Below, one piece after another: positions 12,576 through 24,556 of a stretch of 64,000 nucleotides of DNA. A program made the translations under genes and the position numbers. Numbering within the stretch: the stretch's first letter is position 1; the number at the start of each line of letters is the position of its first letter. The notes below the pieces were generated by a model. It was not told the DNA's origin, ran no database searches, and was given only the letters and a program-made list of their open reading frames with translations. This DNA comes from Octopus sinensis (lineage: Eukaryota): NCBI RefSeq assembly GCF_006345805.1, contig NC_043009.1:65286001-65350000 (forward strand), written 5' to 3'.

Positions 12576-13016
12576 ACTGTTGTGGCTACCATTGCTGATT
12601 TTCCTCCTCCTCCTCCTCCTCCTCCTCCACCTCCCCTCCTCCACCTCCTCCTCCTCCACCTCCTCCTCCTCCACCTCCTCCTCCTCCTCCTCCTCCTCCT
12701 CCTCCTCCTCCACCTCCTCACTCCTCCACCTCCTCCTCCACCGCCTCCTCCTCCACCCCTCCTCCTCCTCCTCCTCCTCCTCCACCTCCACCTCCTCCTC
12801 CTCCACCTCCTCCTCCTCCACCACCTCCTCCTCCTCCTCCTCCACCTCCTCCTCCACCTCCTTCTCCTAATCATCATCCCTCATCGCCATAATCATCATA
12901 ATTACTATCATTAATATCATCATAATCAGTATCATGATCATGATCATCATTATCATTATCAGTGGGAAATACTTTCCATAGGATAAAATACCCCACAGCC
13001 ACACCTGCACTCATAA
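12576..13016 (-). repeat. Third, partial copy of the inverted duplication with a (CCT)n expansion
   Basis: Matches the reverse complement of ~11855-12095; CCT tract expanded to ~270 bp; part of the embedded SINE head replaced by ATAAAAT. Confidence 0.88.
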
Positions 13017-13409
13017 GAAAATATCACGGTCTTTTAAGTGCATAAGATATTTCCCACAACATATACAGGAGTTATCTAGCTTTGAGTATTTTATCCCCGA
13101 CGGATCGATTATGGTTTCAGAGAATCTTTTTCAGTCGCTCAATATTTATTTCAATTCTTCAATATCTCTCATGTTTAATAGCACAGAAAGATGGTAGTCA
13201 CAGGTGGTTCTAAAAACAACTAAAATCCCCCGTAAATTACACTCCTGTTGTTAAAAACGAAGGACACATTTAATAGTGGGGTGGGATGGGGGCAAACAAT
13301 AATGACATTCTGATAGCAAATCGGATCATTGTGACTATAGCAACCAAAATGATAGAAACAATAATGGTTGCGTTAAGATTTGATGCGATCGCCACTCCCG
13401 CGATTCATC

Positions 13410-13529
13410 ACTATCATTGTAGTCATCATCATCATCGTTATCGTTATCATCATCATCATCGTTATCGTCATCTTCATCGTTATCTTCATCGTCATCATCA
13501 TCATCGCCGTCGTCATCATCATCATCATT

Positions 13530-13574
<45 letters not shown>

Positions 13575-13703
13575 GTCATCATCGTCATTCTCCTCCTCCA
13601 CTTCATCATCATCAGCATCATTATCATGATCGTCATCATCATCATCGTCATCATTATCATTATGATCATCGTCATCATCGTCGTCGTCCTCCTCCTCCTC
13701 CTC

Positions 13704-13748
<45 letters not shown>

Positions 13749-13800
13749 GTCGTCGTCGTCGTCGTCATCGTCGTTATCATCATCACCCTCATCGACTTTA
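13410..13800. repeat. (ATC/GTC)n microsatellite
   Basis: Source of the poly-H/D/I/M ORFs. Confidence 0.95.
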
Positions 13801-14154
13801 CGGACATCATAGGCGTCATTAGCTTTAGCAACAAGGATGCACGTCGTGGCTGTGTGTCAAAAGTGCAGTGATTGAGTTGCGTCCATCTCGAAATGAAGAG
13901 CTGAGACAAAAATCGCAGACGATATGGCGTCAAGCTGTGTCAGTCATGTCGCAGGGGGGGACTGAGTTGTCTACATCGTAAATATTCTTTTTACTGATTT
14001 CCAATTCCATTTCTTCATCGCCATCACGTTTATCCGTCCCCAGTATCATCATCATCAATATCATCTCCATTCTGCTCCTAATCTTCATCCTCCCCCTCCT
14101 CCTCCTCATTATCATCATTATCATCATCATCATCAGTAGGAGCTGTAGCTGAAG

Positions 14155-14959
14155 CAGCTACAACAGCAGCAATAACAGCAACTCCGGTACTAATCGTTGC
14201 CACAAGAACTGTTGTGGCGACCATTGCTGATTTTCCTCCTCCTCCTCCTAATCATCATCCCTCATCGCCATAATCATCATAATTACTATCATTATTATCA
14301 TCATAATCAGTATCATCATCATCATCATCATTATCCTTATCAGTGGAAAATACTTTCCATAGGTACCGTGCCTTGAGACTGAACCCAGAGCCATGTGATT
14401 GTGAAGTAAACCTCTTACCCCACAGCCACACCTGCACTCATAAAACTCAATGACAGCGAACTTTATTCCCCACAGAATCAACGAATCAATGAATAGAATT
14501 TAAATGGATGCTAACATACAAATGTAGAAAGCCCAAGCATTTTAATTAATTAAACCTATTTTCTTAATGCGCAGAGGCAATGATTATTTGAATGAGTTAT
14601 TCTAGTTAAAAATAATTAATTAATCTGAAAAGCAAACTACAAAACGTTCCTTATTGTAATGCTCTACTGGATCAGGGGAGACCCCAGGAAAAACAACATC
14701 ATGAACAATCTCCACAGATTACGTAATCTCGGACACAATCGCAAAAAGATGCCAGGCAACGGAATACGATGATTTGGTGATCCATCGATTAGACGTCCTA
14801 TACCCGCATCGATAAAACCATTGGCTATTTTCTTAAGTCGAGAGCACCAAAGCTTTCTGAATTAATCGCGAAGCTAAGGAAGGTAAAGTTATATTGATAT
14901 AAGAATATATTTAACTAGCCATGCTAGATTAGGGTAAAATGTCTAAGAAAATATTAAAT
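14155..14959 (-). repeat. Right arm of ~810-bp inverted duplication
   Basis: Reverse complement of 11334-12147. Confidence 0.95.
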
Positions 14960-15169
14960 TCTTCAAATTTACAACACAACTAAACAATATAGCAGGGATT
15001 TTAAATAATATTTTTTATATTTCTGGGTTCAATTCTAATGTATGTATGCATGCATGAATTCATGCATATATATATATGCTTATACGTTTATACACATGTC
15101 TTCGTATTTTGTTTTCTGTAAATGTCAACTACACACACACACACACATATATATGTATATCTATATATG

Positions 15170-15201
<32 letters not shown>

Positions 15202-15330
15202 TATATACATAACATATACATATATGTATATATGTATGTATGTATGTATGTATGAGTGTGGATGTGGGTATGTATATGAATATATGTGTGTATAAATATA
15301 TATATATATATGTGAGCGCGTATATGAATG

Positions 15331-15384
<54 letters not shown>

Positions 15385-16810
15385 TGAAAACAATGAACCG
15401 TTTTCTTTCGCAAATTAAGTTTCTATATATATATTTTTTCCTTTTTACTCATATTCCGAACTATATCTTCTTTTTCCTTTTTTTTGTTTTTGTTTAGAAA
15501 GATTTGTCTAAATTTCAATTCAGTGAGATAACTTATAACAAAACAAAACAGATAATACAAAAGTACAAAAACACATTATTTTGAAATGTTGCTGAATATA
15601 AATAACCTAAATATAGCTGGAATTATTGACTAATTTTGGCTGACGTTTTGGTCAGTCATTTTTTGCATCAAGATATGAGTATTGATTTTTTTTGTGTGTG
15701 TGGTTTTCATAATTTATTTTTATATATATTTTATTTGTTGATTTTGCGTATTTCAAAAAAGTCCTAGGTAAGTATTTCTGTTTCTTTTTAGAAGGCAGTT
15801 GAAGAAAAGAAAAAAAAAAACACAGTTAGGAATTAAAAGAAAAGAAAAAAAAAAAACACCACTGAGTTGTCAAAAGCTGCAACCTCTTTTTTCTTTTCTA
15901 AAATTTATATTTGTTGCAGTTGAATGGAAAACATATGTCAGATGGAATTGAGAGAGACTATTTGTATAAAACTAGTTCACCAAAGATAGATGTAAGTAAA
16001 GAAAGCTGTCAAAATCAGTGAAAGTTTGTATAAATTATCTAAGGGAAAAAATACACCTGCTATGTCTGATTTGACGTTCGTTGTTGATGGGTACACCATT
16101 CGAACGAGGGATTTTACTAAGATTTCATGTTTATCACAGCATATTCAGCTGATATTATACTGCAAGTTCATGTACTACTTCATATTTTCCAAAATGGTGG
16201 AATTATGAATATGAAACGATTTTGATGAACTACATTGGTGCTTAGGCTCGGTATAGACAGAACTGTACAGCTGCGCTCGTATAGTAACTGCTTAGTCATT
16301 TATTTCCATATCGCCTGATAAACTCCTCTTCCAAGCAAATTACTTTCCATATTTTTGCGGCGCAGCACTTGCGCCACTAAACTGGGATGGGTGCCTTGGT
16401 TAATTTTCGGTAGACTAACTTCCAATTTACTTACTAAAAATCTAGAAAGCAATTTGTCCGAAATTCGATTATTGATGGTCGTCCTAGTGTATGTATCAGT
16501 AAATATCCTGCGACAAGGTGCAGTGAAGTCTATCGTCGCTCTATCATCTACGGCTTGGATTATTTGTCGATTTTGATAACATTCTAAAAATGAGATGTAC
16601 TTTGGTAGGACCGGGTCCTTAATGTGAAAGCAGCCAAGAAACTTTCTATGAACAGGCATCAAAACTAAATTCAACTTTAAACAGAACCGACTACACCTGA
16701 AAAGTTGAAAGCAAACTACTAATATTTAAATACTACAAGATACTGTGAAAAAATAAGAAAAATAATTACAGAATAAATACAAGTTTATAGATTTCAAAAT
16801 AGGGTGTAGG

Positions 16811-17091
16811 TCAGCGCGTTTTAAATATTTTATTTATGACTGTTAGGATTCACTGGCACGGGGAGTATGTAAGTTGAGTATTTAAGTTCTATATATTGTG
16901 TATCAAAAGCCCGAGATGATTTCTAGGAGTCTATTTCTATATATTCTTATTTCATTTGTAAGATATAGAATGTAGATGCGCACCTCGGGTATTGTTCTTT
17001 CTCCCTTGCACCAAATATGGCCATGTCCCCTGAAAATAGAATACTTCTCATTATTTTACAAGGTACATGAAAAATAGCCAAACAAGTAAAA
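16811..17091 (+). repeat. 281-bp direct repeat, copy 1
   Basis: Near-identical (about 6 differences) to 19286-19568. Confidence 0.95.
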
Positions 17092-17410
17092 CGTATAAAG
17101 GAAATGATAAAATCACAAAGAATTTTCCGTGATGAAGAATATTAGTGAAAGTATATAAGCTTTAAAAATGATGAACTTGGTTGTCCATAACAATTTATAA
17201 CGGGTAAAATATATTGGCTGTGGTCCTCCCAGATACATCCTGCAGCATCATGGATGTGATTGGTCACGTAATTCGTGACGTCACATATCTTCTCATACAC
17301 GCAAATAAACAGACTTAGAAAACAGAGAATACTTGTAAATGCATATGTTGCTACAAACATATACATATATATACGTATATGAATTATATATATATATATT
17401 TATTAATATA

Positions 17411-17453
<43 letters not shown>

Positions 17454-17994
17454 CATGCACGCCTACACACACACGTGTGTCTATGCGTGCATGTAAGTAT
17501 ATATAAACATACAAAAAAAATTACACCTGTAAACCTGCCGGTCCGTGCGAACGGAACGTTAGAATAGTACAAAAGTGTTATATGTATATATATATATATA
17601 TATACAGCATGATAAATTTGGGGAGAAAAAAAAAACCTTCCGCCCCGGAAGATAGAATCGATCTTATGTCGACTTGGTTTGTCTTAGAAGAGAAACAATA
17701 ATAATAATAATAATGAAAATAGCGACATAAAAAAGACAAAAGAAATATAATTGTTTTGGATTTTACGGAAGTCAATGATTTGGCATGTTTCTCTCGATTA
17801 ATGATAATCAATACGACGTGATATTGAATTCAATATTGATGTAATATAATGAATTATAAATACAAAAGCGAGAATTTCAACACGCATGGCATTGATCTTT
17901 AAAAAACATTTCTAAGGAATAGAGGTGGGCTGCCTTTACAAATGACGGTTATATCATTGTCACTTATTATTATTATCATTATTATCATTATTAA

Positions 17995-18029
<35 letters not shown>

Positions 18030-18077
18030 CATTATTATATTATTACTATTATTATTATTATTTATTATTCTTATTTA

Positions 18078-18123
<46 letters not shown>

Positions 18124-18480
18124 AATAATAATATAATAATAATAATAATAATTATTATTATTTTTATTTTTTTTATTTTTAATATATTGGGCAGAATCAT
18201 TAGCACACCGAGCTGGCAGAATCATTAGCACACCGGATAAACTGTTTAACAGCATTTTGTTCGAGTTTAAGTTCTGAGTGGACTTCAATTCACTGCAAGC
18301 ATTGTATAAAACCGAGGAACAGGAACAAATTCCATCAATCAGACAGGCTTCCATGTTCGTTGAGGCTTTCAAATTTCCTTCACAAGTCTTGGGTTGAGCC
18401 TCAGCTACCTCATATTGCCATTCAGCGAGATCAAATGCGGAACTAATTACATGATCCAATGGACAAATATTTATATATAT

Positions 18481-18565
<85 letters not shown>

Positions 18566-18568
<3 letters not shown>

Positions 18569-18750
18569 TCAGTAGCCACTACACACATTTTTTTCTCTCC
18601 TTGTTTCTTTCTGTATCCCTTTCTGTAGAAGAGCGTACGCTCGAAACGTAAAAGACTTTTTCAATTCCTGAGCGTTATACTAATACATCTGTTCCTTTTC
18701 TACACCACCCATCTTCGTCTTTTGTTTTTCACGTGAATTCTCTCTCTCTA
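18566..18750 (+). mobile_element. Penelope-like terminal-repeat remnant with minimal hammerhead-like fold
   Basis: Same family as 20541-20750 (-) and 48645-48795 (-); ends in (TA)n; contains CTGTAGA-A-GAGC-GTAC-GCTC-GAAACGTA. Confidence 0.6.
18617..18655 (+). ncRNA. Minimal type I hammerhead-like motif with CUGUAGA core
   Basis: Stem I CTTT/AAAG, stem II GAGC/GCTC, GAAA, palindromic ACGT stem III, putative cleavage triplet GUA. Confidence 0.55.
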
Positions 18751-18992
18751 TATATATACATTCGAAACACGCTGGAGTTGAACTAGGGACAGCTGATGAA
18801 GGGGATTTTTCCTTGTGTAGTTTGTCTTGTACTATGTTTTTCGTTGTAAAAAATGGTCTGTTCCATGCTTGTTTTTCCGTTTTCGTTTCTTGTTGAGTTC
18901 TACGTCTATTATTGGTGTTCTGTACTCACGTATATATATTTATATAGGTACGTACATATATGTATGTATGTATGCATATATTTTATTTATTA

Positions 18993-19039
<47 letters not shown>

Positions 19040-19285
19040 GAGAAATTATGCTTGTTTTTATTTTGTAATCTTTTCAAGCATATGAATACTGCATTTGGTT
19101 TGAAAACGTAGCAGTCGAAAATAATGAAAGGAGTATGATAATTATGGACCGGCGATGTATGAAGCTTGATTTTAAAATAGAGGTAACAGGTAAACGTGTA
19201 GAGAGGAACAGAGCCTTTCACATAAATGACAAAATATAGCAATTGCTAATGAAAGTAAAATTTAGAAATTAAGATTAATTCATTT

Positions 19286-19568
19286 TCAGCGCTTTTTAAA
19301 TATTTTATTTATGACTGTTAGGATTCACTGGCACGGTGAGTATGTAAGTTGAGTATTTAAGTTCTATATATATTGTGTATCAAAAACCCGAGATGATTTC
19401 TAGGAGTCTATTTCTATATATTCTTATTTCATTTGTAAGATATAGAATGTAGATGCGCACCTCGGGTATTGTTCTTTCTCCCTTGCACCAAATGTGGCCA
19501 TGTTCCCTGAAAATAGAATACTTCTCATTATTTTACAAGGTACATGAAAAATAGCCAAACAAGTAAAA
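19286..19568 (+). repeat. 281-bp direct repeat, copy 2
   Basis: See 16811-17091. Confidence 0.95.
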
Positions 19569-19909
19569 GACAAACTTGGCTTTGGATTACATTGTTATTA
19601 CGCTTTCTCGAAACTGATAACTAGTAATCGTGATATATAAAATACACGTATGTATAGGTTTATATAACATTGGCACAATCTAAAATGCTTCTTTCAGTTT
19701 CTGCCTACCAAATCCACTCCAAAGGCTTTGGTCGTCTCGAGGCTATATTAGACGTTCGATCAAAGAGCCACGCAGTGGGACTGAACCCGACATCAAGCGG
19801 TTGCGAAGCAAAGTCCCTTGCATGCAGCAATGCCTGCGCCCTTGAAATTTTAAGGGAACAGTTAATCGAATATATCGACTCCAGCTCCAGTATCTGGCCG
19901 GGACTTTAC

Positions 19910-20124
19910 ATTCTTTTCTACTCTAGGCACAAAGCCCGAAATTTTTGGGGAGAGAGGCAGTCGATTAGATCGACCCCAGTACGCAACTGGTACTTAATTT
20001 ATCGACCCCGAAAGGATGAAAGGCAAAGTAGACCTCGGCGGAATTTCAACTCAGAACATAAAGACAGACGAAATAACACGAAGGATTTCGCCCGGCGTGC
20101 CAACGCTTCTGCCAGCTCGCCGCC
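19910..20124 (-). mobile_element. Monomeric SINE-A with tail-2
   Basis: Full head and body; tail AATTTCGGGCTTTGTGCCTAGAGTAGAAAAGAAT; TSD TGGC(C/T)GGGACTTTA at 19895-19908 and 20128-20141. Confidence 0.9.
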
Positions 20125-20540
20125 TCTTGGCTGGGACTTTATAATATTAGCATCGATGGAATGACTGGCAGACTGGAACTGGGTGAGATTTAAATTGAGG
20201 ATTTAGTCAAAGAGGAGAAGTAAAAGAAAATCACATGCTCTGTCAATTGCAGAAGCTAAACTTCTTCTTTCATAGATGAATAATTACAAATAACATAAGG
20301 AAATCAACACACACACACACGCACACACACACACACATGGACGTACGCATACACACACATACACACACAGAAGAGTGTATGTATATATGTATATTAGTTA
20401 GGCACTTATGTGACATTTGACTACCCTGGTTACTGTTCCTCTGGATCTTACCTTATAATTTTAACAAATATATAAATGTATATATATTTTTTCTATATAT
20501 ATACTTACGTAAATATAATATATATATATATATATATATA

Positions 20541-20750
20541 ACGGGAAGCTTTATGAAAATAGACAAAAGACGAAGGCAGGTGGAAAACAAACAAACAATT
20601 GTATTAGTATGGCGCTCAGGAAATATAAATAAAACAAGTCTTTAACGTTTCGAGCCTACGCTCTTCAACAGAAAGATACACAGAGAGAAAAAAACACAGA
20701 AAGAAGGAGAGAAAAAAAATGCGTGCAGTAACTAACGAATCAACATGGCG
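20541..20750 (-). mobile_element. Penelope-like terminal-repeat remnant, copy 2
   Basis: Homologous to 18566-18750; 3' end abuts (TA)n. Confidence 0.6.
20639..20676 (-). ncRNA. Minimal hammerhead-like motif with CUGUUGA core
   Basis: TCTTT-CTGTTGA-A-GAGC-GTAG-GCTC-GAAACGTT-AAAGA. Confidence 0.58.
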
Positions 20751-21700
20751 ATATATATATATATATATGAAAGAATGGAGTTGAATTTGCTACCCAGGTA
20801 TCGGTTAACCGAATTATCCTTAACAAGATAATTCATTCAACTACTCAAATATATATATATATATATGTATATGTATATATCATATAAGCATACACACACA
20901 CAGACACGCGCGCACACACACACACATACATATATATATATCATATAAATAAAAATATATATGATAAATGAATGAATACACATACACACACACAAACACG
21001 CATCTGTGTGTGTATGCGTGCGTATGTGTGTGTGCGTGTGTGTGTGTGCGTGTGTGTATGTATGTGTGTGTGTATGCTGTTTCTAATCTAAGCACAATGC
21101 CAGTAATTTGAGGGCAGGAGTTGGTCTCGATTGCATCAACTTCAGTTCTTTGCTGGTAGCAAAGTTTATCAATGATGTGAAGATGAAACGTGAAGCTGAC
21201 TTCGTCAGGATTTGAACCCAGATCATAGCGAGACGAAACAAATACTGCGATGCATTGTGTTGAACATTCTAACGATTCCGCCAATCTACCACCTTAAACA
21301 CACACACACGCATACGCACACACTCACGCACACACACACACACACACATTCATGCAGAATGTTATATATATATATATACATTATATAGTACATGTGTGTT
21401 TCTGTGCATATACACATATATGTGTACATAGATACACACACACACAGGCACACACACACACGCACTCACGCTCCCTCACATGTATTGCACAAGCACACAC
21501 GTTTGTCGAGTTGTTGTCTCACTGGAAAGGTGATTTAACGCAAAAACTCATTAATTAGTTAAAGGTGTCTAACCTACACCTTTCGTTCGTTGCCCACAAA
21601 CAGAAGGAGAAAAGAAGAAACTATGGCAAACCAGTGACAATTTACCGACGGCTTTAAACTCATATCATTCTCATTAACACTACAAACGTGGCCCCCATCG

Positions 21701-21733
<33 letters not shown>

Positions 21734-22449
21734 CTTTCATAATCATCATCATCACTTTCATAATCATCATCATCATCACCACCACCACCACCACGACCAC
21801 CGTCATCATCATCATCATCATCATCATAATCATCATCATCGTCGTCGTCGTCGTCGTTTTCATCGTCGTCGTCGTCGTTGTCATCTTCATCACCATCACC
21901 CTTCTCCTCCTCCTTCTACACCTACTTCTCTTTCCCCTCCTCCTCCTCCTCCTCGTTTTCTTTCTTCTCACCGTCATCGTCATCATCAAAGGAATCACCC
22001 GGCCACCACAAATGCAACGCCACACCTGCCATCAACCAAAATCTTCTTCTACCATCCACCTCTTCCCCCGCCCCCACCTTATAATCACCAGCATCATCAC
22101 CACAACAACGATGGTCACCATCACCACCGCAATCACTACCAGCATCATATCCCCCAGAACTAACGCCACCATCGCATCCACTGCAGCCTCTGCTGCTCAC
22201 ATCCCCACCCCAAGACATTATTCCTACCGTCATCATCATCATCGCCATATCATAGTCAACATAGCAGCACAACTAACGCCTTGACCAAAACCGCGATCTT
22301 TTATCACAAGCACAACCACATCAGTTCCACTCCAAATATTAGTATCATGGTCACTACTAATCCACGAACATCATCAGTAAAAGCTATACTACCACTGTCG
22401 CCACTTCTACCGTCACTAACAGCACCACCATAAAAGCCAGACAAATACC

Positions 22450-23119
22450 TATTCTTTATTACCCACAAGGGGCTAAACACAGAGAGGACAAACAAGGACA
22501 AACAAACGGATTAAGTCGATTATGTCGACCCCAGTGCGTAACTGGTACTTAATTTATCGACTCCGAAAGGATGAAAGGCAAAGTCGACCTCGGTGGAATT
22601 TGAACTCAGAACGTAACGGCAGACGAAATACGGCTACGCATTTCGCCCAGCGTGCTAAGGTTTCTGCGAGCTCGCCACCTTATAAACCAGACAAATACCT
22701 ATATCTTTACTACCCACAAGGGGCTAAACACAGAGATGAAAAACAAGGACAGACAAACGGATTAAGTCGATTACATCGACCCCACTGCGTAACTGGTACT
22801 TAATTTATCGACCCCGAAAGGATGAAAGGCAAAGTCGACCTCGGCGGAATTTGAACTCAGAACGAAACGGCAGACGAAATTCCTATTTCTATTTCTTTAC
22901 TACCCACAAGGGGCTAAACACAGAGAGGACAAACAAGGACAGACAAACGGATTAAGTCGATTATATCGACCCAGTGCGTAACTGGTACTTATTTAATCGA
23001 CCCCGAAAGGATGAAAGGCAAAGTCGACCTCGGCGAAATTTGAACTCAGAACGTAACGACAGATGAAATATGGCTACGCATTTCGCCCGGCGTGCTGACG
23101 GTTCTAACAGCTCGCCGCC
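22450..23119 (-). mobile_element. SINE-A tail-1 array: two headed insertions plus one headless unit
   Basis: Target sequence CCAGACAAATACC occurs three times (ending at 22449, 22699 and 23139). Confidence 0.88.
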
Positions 23120-23489
23120 TTATAAGCCAGACAAATACCACCACCGCCACGAAGAAACCACGCACTGCGATTAACAGCAGCCAAACTACCCCCGCCCGTC
23201 TCTACTACCACGGCCACTACACTCACATCTAACACAACCACAAACACACTGGCTGCTGACGTGTTCGTTGTTAGCCTCGTGATAATATGACACCTGAAAA
23301 TTAATGAAGGAAATATATTTGAAAGGAAGCAAAAACAACAATAGCTAAAACAAAAAAACAAAACAAAAACAATCGACATCTTCACCGTCAACGGTAATAG
23401 CAACAGCAATACGTAGAAATAAACAAATAATTTGTTTTGCGACTTCTGTAAACGAGAGCCTGTACTCTTGCTAATCTTGTCGGTCCGGT

Positions 23490-23551
23490 GGGATACTTTC
23501 GACTGAAGAGACACATAATTAGGTCGAAACGCCGCGATGTGTCCAAGTCCC
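23490..23551 (+). ncRNA. Possible degenerate type I hammerhead
   Basis: CTGAAGA, stem II GAC/GTC, GAAA, stem III ACGC/GTGT, GUC triplet; stem I imperfect. Confidence 0.35.
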
Positions 23552-23724
23552 TTTATACAGGTAAATTGCGAGTGTTATGAACAAACATCGTCTAAATGAA
23601 GGAGATGACGGAAAACAGCGATCAGACATTCACGTTCGAATCCTACAAACCGTATTGAGAATGATCATATACGTCATTTCTTGTATCTCACAGTTCTGCA
23701 CGGACCTCATGAATAATTGCGTTC

Positions 23725-24095
23725 ACACATACTTACATACATACAAACATACATACATACATACATACATACATACATACATACATACATACATACACAC
23801 ATACATACACACATATATGCATGCATACATACATACATACATACATACATACATACATGCATACATACAAACATACATACATGCATACATACATACATAC
23901 ATACATGCATGCATGCATGCATGCATACATACATACATACATGCATACATGCATGCATACATACATACATACATACATACATACATACATACAAACATAC
24001 ATACATACATACATGCATACATACATAATACATACATACATACACACATACATACATACATAATACATACATACATACATACATACATACATACA

Positions 24096-24129
<34 letters not shown>

Positions 24130-24130
24130 C
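23725..24130. repeat. (CATA)n microsatellite with CATG variants
   Basis: Direct inspection. Confidence 0.97.
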
Positions 24131-24474
24131 ATACGTACTGGCGCCGTCAACATCAGATATACAGGCGTAGAGAAACGAAAAAAATTTCTTTCTGAACGTT
24201 TTCTTCTACATTTATTCCGACTCCTCCAGGCTAAATTAGTGTCTGGTTTATTTCTCCCGTTATATATAAGAGAAACACTTTTTATTTATCAACGTTGCGT
24301 TATTCGGACTGAAATTTAAACGAAATATACCTTACATCACGTGGAATTTCGTTAACAGGATCCTATTAGTGAAATTCCATGTCGTATTTTGTTTATTCTG
24401 AAAATCCGGTTTGAATAACGCTAAATTGGTAGGAAAGTAAAAAGTGTATAACCAAATTTAAAATTTTATGTGTA

Positions 24475-24556
<82 letters not shown>

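Noticed and set aside
13286-13933. Long poly-His/Asp/Met/Ile ORFs (also 12504-12914, 21688-22284, 30679-31549)
   Set aside because: Trinucleotide microsatellites lacking stop codons; no non-repetitive domain.
18760-18830. GAAAC...CTGATGA as a permuted hammerhead
   Set aside because: Could not form convincing stems I and II; at most a decayed Penelope-like remnant.
16811-19568. LTR retrotransposon interpretation of the 281-bp direct repeats
   Set aside because: No TG...CA ends, primer-binding site, polypurine tract or gag/pol remnants.
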